Positions 14,662 to 34,992 of a stretch of 64,000 bases of DNA are shown in pieces. A program made the translations under genes and the position numbers. The notes beneath the pieces were generated by a model. The model searched no databases. It worked only from the letters and a program-made list of their open reading frames with translations, and was not told where the DNA came from. The stretch is from assembly GCF_009914755.1 (NCBI RefSeq), contig NC_060926.1. The stretch is one strand, 5' to 3'. The stretch's first letter is position 1. Each line of letters begins with the position of its first letter. This DNA is from the human T2T-CHM13v2.0 reference genome, Homo sapiens.

Positions 14662-16327
14662 GCAACTGATCTTTGAGAAGTGATAACTGCATTCTCAAAG
14701 TACCTAATCTCAACAATACCCTAACTTAAAACCTGCTGACTAGGAGATGTATTTGACTGCAAATCTGGCCCACACAAGCAATAATCTGAGTTTCCATCAA
14801 GGAAGCTGTAAGCACCAAGTAGAGCAAAAACAAATCCAGGCCTCAAATGGAAAAAGCAGCTCTGAATTGTGATTTTCGAAGAAACCTGCATTTCTTACAC
14901 TTCAGTGTACTTTCCCCATATTTAACTCCAAGATTTTTGTTAATTTGTTTGGTTTTCCTTTCTCAAACAAAATTATGCTCAGACTGAAAACCCTAGATTT
15001 GTTCCCTATTGCATCTTCATTTCTTCCCAAACATTCCATAAAACGTGACCTACATTAAGTTAGCAAGTTAAGTCTGAAAGCGTCTACCTTCCCTGGGGAG
15101 GGGGAAGGTGTAGGCAGGGCAGAGATTTGTAGTCCAGCCCTCTTGCCACAAATTATGAATTAGAGAGGAATGACTTTGCTTTTTTAATGATCTCCAGAGA
15201 ATTTTCCATCATTTCCCTCTCTTCACCCAGCTCCTTTGTAACCACTGCCAGAGAAGTCTTCCTTTAGCTTCTTAAACATCGATCCTAAAACACTTCCAGA
15301 CACCTGTGCTGCTCCTTTCAGTTCCCATGGAGATTAGGCTGTGTAACAATCTCGCAAAGACGTTCCCCTCCGTCTCCTCATCCTCTTTTCAAACCCTTTT
15401 ACGATTTCCCATCTCACTCAGCATGACAGTCAAAGTCCCTGTGATGGCCAACTTCTGCATCACCTAGCCAGTCTGCCACCGCCAAAACTCTCCAGCCTCA
15501 TCTTTCTACTCTTCCCCTGGTTCCTTGCCCACGCCTTTACACTTGTTCTCTGCTTGGAATCCTCCCTCCCCTCCTTGAGGAACTTTCTCAAATGTCACCT
15601 TCCCTCAATACTCCCCCTCCTCCATTTAAAACTATAAACTTCCAACTCTCTAAGCCCCTAAAGTACTCTATATTTAACTTATTGTATAAACTACTGTCCC
15701 TACTTGTAAGTTCCAAGATTGCAGGGATTCACCCGCTTTGTTCACTGCTGTCTGCCAAGGTCTAGAACAGTGCAAGTTACCCAACAGGAGTTCAATAAAC
15801 AGCCATTCATTTAACAAATATTTGCTGAGCACTTCGTCCCGTCCAAGTTTGTTAAATCAAGACAAATAAGACACCGTCCCTGCCTTTAACGCACCAGATG
15901 GAGAAATGCACCACAGACATAAATGTGCAATACAGGCCTGACACTACGGCCACAAGCAAGTCAAAGAACGTGCCAAAAGTTCAGAGGAAGAAGCCTCGGC
16001 TTCGCCTTTCGGGAGACCAGTCCAGCTTTCCACCATCACGCTGCTCATCAGGGACCATCTCCGGGGGTCTCCTCTAGACCCCAAGGGAGGAGCGGGTCCC
16101 GCCCGCCATTCCCAGGTCTCAGAGTTTACTTGTCCAGAGATGCAACTTCCGGCCTCTTCAGGCCGGGCAAGATTTAAGGAAAGAAAAGAAACATAAGGAC
16201 CTCCGTTCTTCGGTCTCCGTCCCCTCCCCTTCCCCCGCATGCCGTCCCCACAACGGGCCAGGACTGAACCCAACTCTCGACCAACTCCCGGCAGCAAAAC
16301 TAAGCACCCTACTTCCGTTGTCCCCAC

Positions 16328-16372
16328 CTGTTCCCGGCGTCCCCTTCGGCTACTCCCGGCGTTTGCGCAAGC
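16328..16372 (-). other. C2orf76: Probable non-coding first exon of C2orf76 (5' end approximate); its intron 1 runs to the left edge of the window
   Basis: Minus-strand donor CAG|GTGGGG at 16327 inside the CpG island; identity rests on recalled head-to-head synteny with DBI, no coding exon is visible in the window. Confidence 0.55.
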
Positions 16373-16447
16373 GGTCCCACGTGGGCTCGGGCGGGGCTAG
16401 CGCCGCGGCGGGGGCTGGGCACGCCCCTAGCGCATAGCTGGCTTCTG

Positions 16448-16474
16448 ATTGGCTTTCCGGTGCTCGCCCGAGCA
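16448..16474 (+). promoter_or_regulatory. Inverted CCAAT (NF-Y) plus SRE-like element CTCGCCCGAG
   Basis: ctgATTGGc followed 10 bp later by tgCTCGCCCGAGca; ACBP is an established SREBP/NF-Y-regulated lipogenic gene. Confidence 0.65.
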
Positions 16475-16589
16475 GGGTTGGGGCGAGTGGACCGCGCCTC
16501 TAAAGGCGCTTGCCAGTGCAATCTGGGCGATCGCTTCCTGGTCCTCGCCTCCTCCGCTGTCTCCCTGGAGTTCTTGCAAGTCGGCCAGG

Positions 16590-21857
<5,268 letters not shown>

Positions 21858-22056
21858 GAGACTGGATTTGGTTACTGTGCCATGTGTTTATCCTAAACTG
21901 AGACAATGCCTTGTTTTTTTCTAATACCGTGGATGGTGGGAATTCGGGAAAATAACCAGTTAAACCAGCTACTCAAGGCTGCTCACCATACGGCTCTAAC
22001 AGATTAGGGGCTAAAACGATTACTGACTTTCCTTGAGTAGTTTTTATCTGAAATCA

Positions 22057-22062
22057 ATTAAA
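22057..22062 (+). terminator. DBI: DBI polyadenylation signal (ATTAAA variant)
   Basis: ATTAAA 200 nt after the stop codon, followed by T/GT-rich sequence. Confidence 0.75.
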
Positions 22063-23293
22063 AGTGTATTTGTTACTTTAAATAACTTTAGTGATCTGAG
22101 TTCTTGAGATCATTTACTCTGTCTGACCTCAGCCTTGCTTCCTTTTTCTAAAGACCTCTGGTAGTGCTTCAGCTGCATACCTGGTAGAGTATAAGGTGGG
22201 CAGTCCTGCCCTGCACCCTGGCCCAAGGTGTGCTGGCCCTTTGTGGGGAGGAGGAGGATGGTAGAAGTGACCTTTCTCTTTTCCTTCCCAGTTCAGCCAC
22301 GCCGAGGAATATGAGGCAGGCTGGCTGAGACCACAGTCTGCAAGTACTTCTGACGGGGACGTTCCTGCCCCAGGACCTGTGTGAGGCAGGGTTTACAGTG
22401 CTTGAGGTTTGTCTGAGGCCCAGCTGGTCCCTGATTCCAGAGTGCATGAACCAGAGTGGAAGCCCCCATCAAGAATGGAGTGTGAACCTGACAGGAGGCG
22501 TTCCCCAAGTCCCAGGGGAAGCCACAGACAGCTGTGTGGGCAACAGTCAGTGGGCAAGGGGTGTGTCCTCTGCAGGGAGCAGAACCCTGGGAGCTTGCAG
22601 AGAAGAAAGGCTGGAGCTTGACTCTGGAGGACGTAGGAGGTAGATTGTTGAAAAGTAATAATGAAGAAAAGGAGATAGCTCTCTAGACCCTTCTTGCCAG
22701 ATGTTCCCTTCCAGCTCTTGGGTTTACAATCCCGCTGCCCTTTGCAGTGGGGATCATATCTCAATATTGTGTAACGGGGATTACTGTGCCCATTATGTGA
22801 GTGAGGAAATTAAGGCTCAGAGGTGATTTAACTGGATCCAAGCCCAGGGCTCACTGGCCAGGAGGGCCCTGTTTGTCCCCCTCCACCATGTTCCCTCTCA
22901 TGGCCCCTGGCTGCCACTTAGTCTGCACCTCTGCTGTGTTGCAGTGAGTGACATCTGTCTCTCTGGGCTAGCATAAGGTGCTGGTGTGAAATCTGTCCCT
23001 TGGGCTGTGCAGCTCACTCCAGAAGAGTGGCTTAGACAAGGAGGTCCCACTTCCAAAGCTGGAGTGAGGCACAGATGAGAGAGACTTTTAGGCACCTCAG
23101 GTGACTAGGTCATAGCCGGTTTGGGAGATGCCCTCCCCGCTCACTAGAAAGTACTTGTACTGGTTTCTCAGAAAGCAGTGTTTGTGCAGTTCTGAGAGCA
23201 CCAGCAGCCTGGGGCTGCACCTGCTCCTGTGGCTCCCACAGGAGTCCTTGTACCACCCAGGGCTGGCTCACAGGGTGTCACTTGGGGACAAAT

Positions 23294-24377
23294 TATCAGG
23301 GAAACCCACCCCCAATATTTCAACATAGGCTGTTTCTATTTTCCATAAGTTTCAGCCGGCTGAGAAATAAAGAGAAAGAGTACAAAGAGAGGAATTTTAC
23401 AGCTGGGCCGCCAGGGGTGACGTGACATATCAGTAGGACCGTGATGCCCACCTGAGCCTCAAACCAGCAAGTTTTTATTAAGGGTTTCAAAAGGGGAGGG
23501 GGTGTAAAACAGGGAGTAGGTACAAAGATCACATGCTTCAAAAGGTAAAAAGCAGAACTACTAATAAGGGTCTAACAAAGATGACATGCTTCTGAGGGAA
23601 CAGGACAAAGGGAAAAAGCAGAACTACTGATAAGGGTCCAACAAAGATCACAAGGCAAAGGGCAAAAGCAGAACTAATGATAAGGGTCTATGTTCACTGG
23701 TGCACATATTGTCTTGATAAACATCTTAAACAACAGAAAACAGGGTTCAAGAGCAGACAACCAGTCTGACCACAAATTTACCAGGGCAGAGTTTTTCCCC
23801 ACCCTAGTAAGCCTGAGGGTACTGCAGGAGACCAGGGTGTATCTCAGTCCTTATCTCAACTGCATAAGACAGACATTCCCAGAGCAGTTGTTTATAGACC
23901 TCCCCCCAGGAATGCATTCCTTTCCCAGGGTATTAATATTAATATTCCTTGCTAGGAAAAGAATTTAGTGATATCTCTCTTACTTGCACATCCGTTTATA
24001 GGCTCTCTGCAAGAAGAAAAATATGGCTCTGTTCGCCTGACCCCACAGGCAGTCAGACCTTATGGTTGTCTTCCCTTGTTCCCCAAAAATCGCTGTTATT
24101 CTATTCTTTTTCAAGGTGCACTGATTTCATATTGTTCAAACACATGTTTTACAATCAATTTGTACAGTTAACACAATTATCACAGTGGTCCTGAGGTGAC
24201 GTACATCCTCAGCTTACGAAGATAACAGGATTAAGAGATTAAAGTAAAGACAGGCATAAGAAATCACAACAGTATTATTTGGGAACTGATAAATATCCAT
24301 GAAATCTTCACCATTTATGTTCCTCTGCTGCGGCTCTAGCCGGTCCCTCCTTTCGGGGTCCCTGACTTCCCACAACA
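23294..24377 (-). mobile_element. MER11 (B/C-type) 3' LTR, ~1.08 kb
   Basis: Begins TGTTGTGGGAAGTCAGGGACCCCG after PPT AAAAAGAAAGGGAGAGA; ends TTTCCCTGATA; internal AAAAGCAGAACTA-type repeats. Confidence 0.9.
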
Positions 24378-26320
24378 TCTCTCCCTTTCTTTTTATATAA
24401 ATGTGCCATGGCGATGAAGTCTTGTTCGTTTTCTCGGTTTTGACGCACGATTCTTTGACTGGTCCAGCACACTAAAAACAAGCCAATTAAACAGAGAAAC
24501 ATGATTGCAAAATTTACTACAGTGGAGCCCCCAATAGACTTAATCCAAGTCGTGGGGTTTAATCCAGAAAGACTTCCTGCCACCTGATCTAACACCTCAG
24601 CTCCAGGCACAATGGATAAATGAGCTTGAGAGGCTTCAAAAATTTGTTTATTTAATTTAGTTATGTCCAAGGATAAATTATCTTCCCTACCCAGCAGGTG
24701 TCCTTTGACCATTTCCCATGAATGATCAGTCTTGTTGTAGGAATATGGTGTGATACAAAGATCAGAAGTATTCCAATCAAATAGCATTTGCATGCGATGT
24801 TTGAGACTCATTAGCCAATCTCCAAGCCAAATAACAGACTGTCTTAAATCATTAATTTGATTAGCTAATTTTTGATCAATGCCCTGTTGAGAATTCCACA
24901 TTTTGGTGGAATTGGCTTGCCAATCATTAACAAAATGAGCGATTTGAATAGATTGGTGTAATGCCACTCCGGCAGTGGTGGCCAGTGCAGTGACTGTAAT
25001 TAGGCCCATGATCACAGCAATTAAAGTGAAAGCAAATCTCTTAGATCTTTTGAGAATTCGTTGTAACACTTCATTAATTAAATGTACTGAGGGGGAAGAT
25101 TCCCAAGTTCTGGGTAAAGTTACCGGTATCCAGATTCCTTCTCAAGCTCAAACCAACATTACACTTTTCCTGAAGTCAAAACGGGAGTTAACACAAGTGT
25201 ATAAATGACAGTTAATGCATTGGACAGTTTGATTGTTCATCCAAATTTTGATATTTTCCACTAACAGCATGTAAGGAGGCTTAACACAACTCACAACTCT
25301 GTATAGGAATTGTCAGGCTGGAGGTAAACAAAGCAGAATGTTTGAATCTACGTTGATACTGAGGGAGAGGGGCAGCGGGGGTAACGCACGATGTTCTCCA
25401 CCATAAAGAAGCAATCCAAGGTGCCTGGGGATGCCGAAGAGGTAGAGGGGCATACCTGGGTCAAGAAGAATTATCATAATGCCAATTGGAGTCTCATAAA
25501 GGAGGATCGGCATCAAAAAGAGGAAAAGGGTTCAAAGGGGATTTATCATGGGGTTCAGAATCACGGATGCGAGGGGCGGTAGTGGGGATAACAGACAGAA
25601 AAGTTTCCCCTTCCCATACTCGCAGTCCGGACATGGCAAGAGCCAATTTCCAAAGTTCTGGGTGTTCTGAACTCAGAATGGGGAATATCATATGAGGCCT
25701 CAGGGGGGTAATGCCCTTATCTTCCCATTTTAAGGGAAAGAAGGAGCTGACCTCCTATGCAAAGTAAGATGAAGATCCTCGTCCTCCCAATAAAAAAATA
25801 AAATAAGTAGCCTCCAGGCCTTCCCTTCTGCCAGAGGAGCAATTGTTTTTTAAATAGCCCTTTGGTGCCCAGTCTATTACTAAACTATATGAGTAATACT
25901 ACTGCATGTGAGTTAACACAATCTTCCCAAATTAAAGTTTTAGATGGGCTCTCAAAATTTTTAGGACATGGTTTTCCTACAGGTTTACATTGAAAGTATG
26001 GGGTATCTCCTATTACTCCCCTTTTCATTTGTCTTAAAGGAGAAAGGGAGAGGCCAGAGACCAAATGTCCCCATTCCCCTGTGGCTAATCTCTCCGGAAG
26101 ATAAGCAGCCCAGACTTGAGTTAATAGATGGATACAACCAGGTGCATGTCTGAGGCACAGAGGAGGGTATTTATAACCCATAGTAACATTAAATGCAGTG
26201 CCTTCTCCTCCTGGTTGAGCAGGGCAACGGTCATCTGTAGCCCCAGGCATCCACACACTATCGTTAATATAGATTTCTGCAGAAGCATCCATCCAGGTGA
26301 GAGGTCGAATAAGTGGAGGA
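24308..26320 (-). pseudogene. env: Betaretroviral env pseudogene (SU fragments plus open TM frame)
   Basis: PPLIRPLTWMD..YINDSVWMPG, EHPELWKL, RSKR furin site, [13 protein letters not shown] fusion peptide, [21 protein letters not shown] heptad; stops and frameshifts in SU. Confidence 0.92.
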
Positions 26321-27606
26321 CCCCTCCGTTCGGGGTCCCTGACTTCCCGCAACACAAATGAGATTGTCAGTGGGGGCATCACCAAGCGTCACCTCGTCTG
26401 TGAGGAGCCCACAGCACCTCTGGTCCATCTTAGCTGGAATCTGGCTTTAGTGACACACTGACTTGTGAATCCTACTTCAGTCTCTCAGTGCTAAATCATG
26501 TATCATCTCGGAGCCACAGTTCCCTCATCTGGAAAATGGGTAGAATCTGCACCTCACAGTGCTGACAAAATGGATCAGTGTTTAGCGCAGTGCCTACCCA
26601 ACAGCAGCTGGTTTGTGGCCCAAAGGTCTCCCTGGCAGGCTGGCCTGGCCTGGCTGCACAGTGCTGCTCCTCACCTTAGCAGGGCTTCAGCAATTTAGGG
26701 GTCAACCACGCAAGTAAGTGGGGGTTATCTGAGGATGTCCTCCCCAAACAAATAGTTGCAAGATTCACAAGTCTGGAAATCGGGGCTGAGGACCAGGAGC
26801 CAGCCAGAAGGGAACATGGAAAGGCCACTGAATTTCAAGTGGCAGGGGCTTTCACTCAGTCACCACCCAAATTAAATAGACATGGGACAAGGTATGTCAC
26901 CTCTGTAAGCCTCATATTCTTCATCAGTAAGCCGGGGCTGAGCAGAAGGTCATGTGTCCATTGAAAGCCAGAGAAGGAGAAAGAGAAAACCCCCGGGGCT
27001 GGCTGGCTTGATCAGAACCAGGCTTGGGCTGGGAAGTGGTGAGGGGGTAGTTGAAGTACCCACATGATTAAGGGTGCTTAAAATTAAATTATAGGTATTT
27101 GAAGTTGAGGATGAGCCAAGAGACATCATCAGCGAGGGCGGCTTTTGCACAGTTGTGCCTTTGGGGTCTGGGTCAGGGCAAGACAAGGCCTGTGCCCTTT
27201 GCAGCTCCCATGGAAGAGAAGTTCAGAATGTGTTTTCTCCTGTTTATTTTGTGGTCACAGTCTATCTCTCTTTCAAAAGGACTTGGGACAGCTAAGAATA
27301 AACCCCAAAATAAGGGAAGTCCTGTGCTGGACCCTAGGGTTTAAAGATAATGAAGACTCATTCTTGCCTGAAAGCTGTAAACCGCAGCACAACAGATGTG
27401 CCATGGGGGGGCCTCTCCTCCCACTCCAAGCAGAGAACCCATCCCCTTCTTGGCAACAACCCGCTGCGTCAGGTACAGCTCAACCCTTGGAAGAGTAGGA
27501 ATCATTGGTCTACAGTTTTTCTTATTTTATGGTTTTTGGTAAGTATCCTTGCTAAGTAATGAATGAACATAAGTCTAAACTGTAAATATTTTCTTTTTAA
27601 TGTAGC

Positions 27607-28546
27607 TGTTGACAACCAAAATGAGTGACCGAGGCAGGTGTCCCCATCAATGGAGCTTTATTGAGCCAGCTTTGAGGGCGTGCCTGGGAAAAACACACGA
27701 GCCACACAGACAGATCTGTGGCTGTTTTTCTTTTTCCAAAGAAGCTCTGGGGAGGTTTGGTATTTATACAGTTTCCCTAAAGGGGATGGGGGCGGGGTGG
27801 CAGTGACAGGAATGGTTACATACTTGTGAGACCTCAGTCAGTGCCTACTAAGTCTACGTTTTACTAAAATAAGATTTGAAGGAAAAGGGAATAGAGGAAG
27901 CAGATGTCTCAGGGAGGGGTGAAGGAACAATTAATCTCATCTTTGTTCTGTACCTGGGAAGATAAGCTGATAATCTACATTATCAGTGTGGAGTCCTTGG
28001 AAAGGACTGGTTTCTGTTAGCCCTTAGGATGGTTAGCCAGGGAGAGGGCGTAATGAGGTATGTCTGAACTCCCATCCTATCATGCTCAGGAACTCAGCTT
28101 CCAAGGTTTCTCTGGGGTCCTCTTGGCCAAAAGGGGGTACGTTCATTCTGCTGGGGAGCTTGGATTTCATTATTGATATGGCTTGGATGTGTGTTCCCTG
28201 CAAATCTCATGTTGAACTGTGAGTCCCAATGTGGAAGGTGGGGCCTGGTGGGAGGTATTGGATCGGGGCGGGGGGGCCGGGGGTGCTCGTTGATCCCCCA
28301 TGGATGGCTTTAAAAGTCTGGGCCCTCCTCCTCCTCACTCTCTTGCTCCTGCTCTCATATGTGACACGTTTGCTGCCTTCCATCATTGGAAGCTTCCTGA
28401 GGCCTCACCAGGTGCAGATGCCAGTACCATGCTTCTTGTATAGCCTACAGAACCATGAGCCAATTAAACTTATTTTATTTGTAAATTACCCAGTCTCAGG
28501 TAATTTTTTATTAAAACACTAAGCAGTGCCTAACAGTGATTTCTCA
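27607..28546 (-). mobile_element. ERV1 MER4-group LTR (interrupted by MST); internal sequence continues ~28547-29334
   Basis: TG...CA termini on the - strand, AATAAA and TATAAA on the - strand, purine tract at 28547-28558. Confidence 0.65.
28174..28535 (+). mobile_element. MaLR MSTA/MSTB solo LTR
   Basis: TGATATGGCTTGGATGTGTG...CAAATCTCATGTTGAA...AATTACCCAGTCTCAGG...CTAACA. Confidence 0.85.
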
Positions 28547-29334
28547 TTTCTCTCCTTTGGCCAGGATTTGCCAGAGGCAGCATAGATGACCAAACTTTTA
28601 TTTTGTCACATATTATTGCCAGGATGGTGTGGCTGCCTGCCCCATGTCCATTCTGTCCCTTGGAACTCCTATTCCCATGGGACTTAGAGCCAAAAGACTT
28701 ACAGCCAATTAAATGTTCTAGGCCAGATGAGAATGGAGGTGGGCAGGCACTCATCAACCTTAGAACATTTTAAGAGCCAAAAAGCAAGATTATAAAATTG
28801 GCTTCTCTATAAGTTCTATGAATTGAGCTACTGTAGTCTTGTTCTTAGTTAAATATGTAGCAATGTAAAACTATTTGAGCTAAGGAACTTAGAGACTTTT
28901 GTTGTGCCAAAATGTTTTTTTGCGGTCTCCTTAGAAATTTGTCCTAAGGTAGTCAATAAATTATGTCATATCTCTAGTTTCATAAACCCCATAACTGGGA
29001 ACAATTATACCCAGAAGGCTTCATCACAAGTGTCTTGATGTCCTTAGCAATTCTCTTTTAAGTCTATGAGAAGCAAAAATTTCTTTATGGTTGGGATGGA
29101 TGAAAAGGAGCCACACAATGGCCCAGGAGGCAAAGGCCCTAAGCTGGCCAGCTGTTTGAGCATCTATGTGCCCATCCTTGATTTGGAGAGTCTAAACCAA
29201 TTCTGTTCCTCAAAACCGACCCTTACAGTTTCGCATATCCACTGCTTTATGATCGTCCCTGGGCCTAGAGGGAGGGTGCTTGAACAGTTTTAGCAGCAGG
29301 CATTAGTAATGAAAAACAGATCAAGCCTAGTGGG

Positions 29335-29782
29335 TATGAACCCCAAAAATCTGAGACAGATCTCAGTTAATTTAGAAAGTTTATTTTGCCAAGGTTGAGG
29401 ATGCGCACCCATGACACAGCCTCAGGAAGTCCTGACAAGATGTGTCCAAGGTGGTCGGGGCACAGCTTGGTTTTATATATTTTAGGGAGACATGAGACAT
29501 CAATCAATATATGTAAGAAGTACATTGGTTCCATCCAGACAGGTGGGTACAACTCGAAGCAAGGACGGGGCTTCCAGGTCACAGGTAGGTGGGAGACAAA
29601 TCATTGCATTCTTTCGAGTTTCTGATAAGCCTTTCCAAAGGAGGCAATCAGATATGCATCTATCTCAGTGAACAGAGGGATGACTTTGAATAGAATGGGA
29701 AGCAGATTTGCCTTGAGCAGTTCCCAGCTTGACTTTTCCCTTTAGCTTAGTAATTTTGGGGCCCCAAGATTTTCATTTCACA
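29335..29782 (-). mobile_element. MER4A-type LTR
   Basis: CTGAGACAGATCTCAGTTAATTTAGAAAGTTTATTTTGCCAAGG...GGGCCCCAAGATTTTCATTTCACA. Confidence 0.85.
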
Positions 29783-32070
<2,288 letters not shown>

Positions 32071-32361
32071 AGGGAGGATGGAAACAGAAAGATAAAAGGA
32101 TCTCAATTCCGGGTGGCTCTGAAGAAGTGTTGAATTATCCCTAGGCTACTTACCTCAAAATTTATTCCGTAAGATAATAGATCCTTGTGTGTTTAAACCA
32201 CTTTTTTCAGGAGACCGCTACACGCAGACAAATGCAATTCCTAGGTAATAAAGTTACTGTAGTTAGTCAGGGCTGTGCCCATATTAGGTAAGTATGGTAA
32301 AGTCCTAGGGTATGGGACCCAGGATTCTGGAACAGAAACTATTGCATTTATAGTTATGTGA

Positions 32362-32706
<345 letters not shown>

Positions 32707-32910
32707 TAAAAGTTTCTTACATTTGGGTTGTGAGCCTGTATTCCGTATTTGTTACATTAGTCTCTGCACTTTTCAGTATTTTTAAAAATAGTGGGCATGG
32801 GATGTAGTGGGAAGAAAATCACTGTAGCACTCCTCCAGGTCAAGTGGGCATGAAGAGACATCCCTACAAAACTTCCTCACTGATGAGGGAAGTGGATTGG
32901 CTTAGCTCAC

Positions 32911-33380
32911 TGTGGTAAATTGGATGATTGTTCCCAACCCCTTGCACCCTCCGTAAAGGATTATCTGTCTGTGCCCTTCACTGTTCCAACCTGAAGTGTG
33001 CCCACCAGAAGTGAACTGCTCGTCCCCACCCATTCACTCGAGCTTGGTCATAGGACTTGCTTTGCACAACGGCATGTGATCAGACATGATCCAGGAAAGA
33101 GCTTTATATGAGCTTGTTTGGCTTAGCCGGCCCTCTTGAACTTCTGCCATCTGCCATGGGAAGAAGATGCCAAGGAGCCACTGTTGCCAGGTACATGAGA
33201 GATAAGCAAGGCCTACCTGAAGCTAACCACAGCCTTGAGCAAGTCCAACTGATCCCAGATAAGCCTGGCAGAGCCACCATCAACTGAAGGCCTGTGAGCT
33301 AGAAATTAACAAATAAATCTTGTAAGCCACTGAGTCTTAGGGGTTGTTGATCATGCAGCATTATTGCAGCAGATGTTTAT
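32911..33380 (+). mobile_element. Old MLT1 LTR
   Basis: CTTGGTCATAGGACTTGCTTTG, AATAAA..TAAGCCACTGAG..GCAGCATTATTG motifs. Confidence 0.65.
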
Positions 33381-33589
33381 AATGAACATCTGATGTTTTT
33401 GTCTGTCTGGCATCCTTCTCTCAGCCTACTAAGAACAGTTCCTCTCTCTTCGCAGCAACTGCCAAAAGGTGCTTCTGGCAGGCTGCCAGCCACAGTACCT
33501 CATCCCAGAAGTGGATGTATCAGGAGTCCATTCAAGACAGCAGGAAGGGAGAAGAAAGGATAAAAGGGTACCCTTCCTTTTTAAAGATT

Positions 33590-34075
33590 TGTGGTTAGCA
33601 GAATAATGATCTACCCAGAGAGGTTCGTGTCTGAATCCCCCAGAACCTGTGAATAGATTAGGTTGCATGGAAAGGAGAAGTAGGGTTGCTAATCTGCTGA
33701 TTTTAAGGTGGGGAGATGCCTGGATTATCCAGATGGACCCGGTGTAATCACAAGGGTCCTTAAGTGTGGAAGAGATAGGCAGAACAGGCAATGTCAGGAT
33801 GGTGCGATGTAAGAACAACTCAGTCAGCCATCACTGACTTTGAAGATGGAAGAAGACACTAACCAAGGCACGTGGCAGCCTCTAGAATCTAGAAAAGGTG
33901 AGGAAACAGATTCTCCCCTACAGCCTCCAGAAGGAACAGCCCCCCAGACACCTTGATTGTAGCCTGGTGAGACCCATATCAAACTTCTGACCTCCAGAAC
34001 TGTAAGTCAATAAATTTATGTTGTTTTAAGCTACTGCATTTGTGGTGATCTGTTACAATAATAGGAGCTGATACA
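33590..34075 (+). mobile_element. MLT1C/D LTR
   Basis: TGTGGTTAGCAGAATAATG...TTCTGACCTCCAGAACTGTAAG..AATAAAT..GATACA. Confidence 0.85.
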
Positions 34076-34473
34076 GGATCTTTCTGTAAAGGACCACACA
34101 CCTGTCATTGGCCAGAATTTAACCACCTAGCCATCCCTAGCTACAAGAGAGATGGGCACATTGCCAACATGAATAAAATCAGGAGAATTTATGTCATTAC
34201 CAGGGGAAGGAGGAAATGTATGTTGGAGTGAACAAATGGCAGCCTCAGTCACAGAATCCCATTCCTCTGGCCACAGTGACGTTCCAAAGATGGGCATAGG
34301 AGTCAACAACACACTAGCTGTCCTCTGAGATCGTATTTGGACGTTAGAAGAAAAATCTCTTTCTCATGGAGATGCTAAGCCTGGAGCTTACTCTAGCCAC
34401 TCCCTCCACCCTGCCACCCACCAGGAGAGAATGAGTTCAACAAAAAAGAGAGGAAGAGCTAAGAGATGGACAT

Positions 34474-34992
34474 TGTTCTAGTTCTCTATTTTTGTGTAAC
34501 AAGTCACCTCAGAAATTAAATTAGTGGCTTAAAATAACAACAATCACTTTATTATTATTGTTTTCATGGCTCTGGGGTTAGTTGGGCTCACCTGGGTGGG
34601 TCTTGTTCAGGATGGCTCCCAAGGCTGCACCTGATGGTGGAGGCTGGAGTCCCACAGAGCTTCCTCACTCATGTGTCTGGTAGATGATTGATGCTGGCGA
34701 TTGGCCAGACGCCTACACCTGGCTCCCCATGTGGCTTGGGCTTCCTCAGAGCATGGTGGCCGAGTTCCCAAAGTCGGTGTCCCCAGAGAGTGGGCAGAAT
34801 TTGTGTCACCTGGTATAACCTAGCCTCATAAATCACACAGCATCCCTTCTGCCATAGTCATAAGCCCACCCAAATTCAAGGAGAAGGAACATAAACCCCA
34901 TCTCTTCATGGGAGGAAAGTCAAAGTCATATTGTAGGAAAGGCCCATGGGATGGGAGATTGTTGCAGCCATTTTTGGAAAATATAAGCTGCA
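34474..34992 (-). mobile_element. MLT1F/G-type LTR
   Basis: GTGTAACAA..TTAGTGGCTTAAAATAACAA...GCAGCCATTTTTGGAAAA. Confidence 0.7.

Larger units (their letters stand above)
23294..26354 (-). mobile_element. Internally deleted HERV-K HML-8 (MER11/HERVK11) provirus
   Basis: 5' LTR stub TGTTGCGGGAAGTCAGGGACCCCGAACGGAGGG, env remnants, PPT, full 3' LTR; CAAAT repeated at 23289-23293 and 26355-26359. Confidence 0.9.

Noticed and set aside
23530-23690. Repeated AAAAGCAGAACTA..ATAAGGGTC units
   Set aside because: Internal feature of the MER11 LTR family rather than locus-specific
25885-26385. 166-aa ORF as a new gene
   Set aside because: Chimera of flank, LTR stub and env SU with a non-ATG annotated start; explained by the deletion junction
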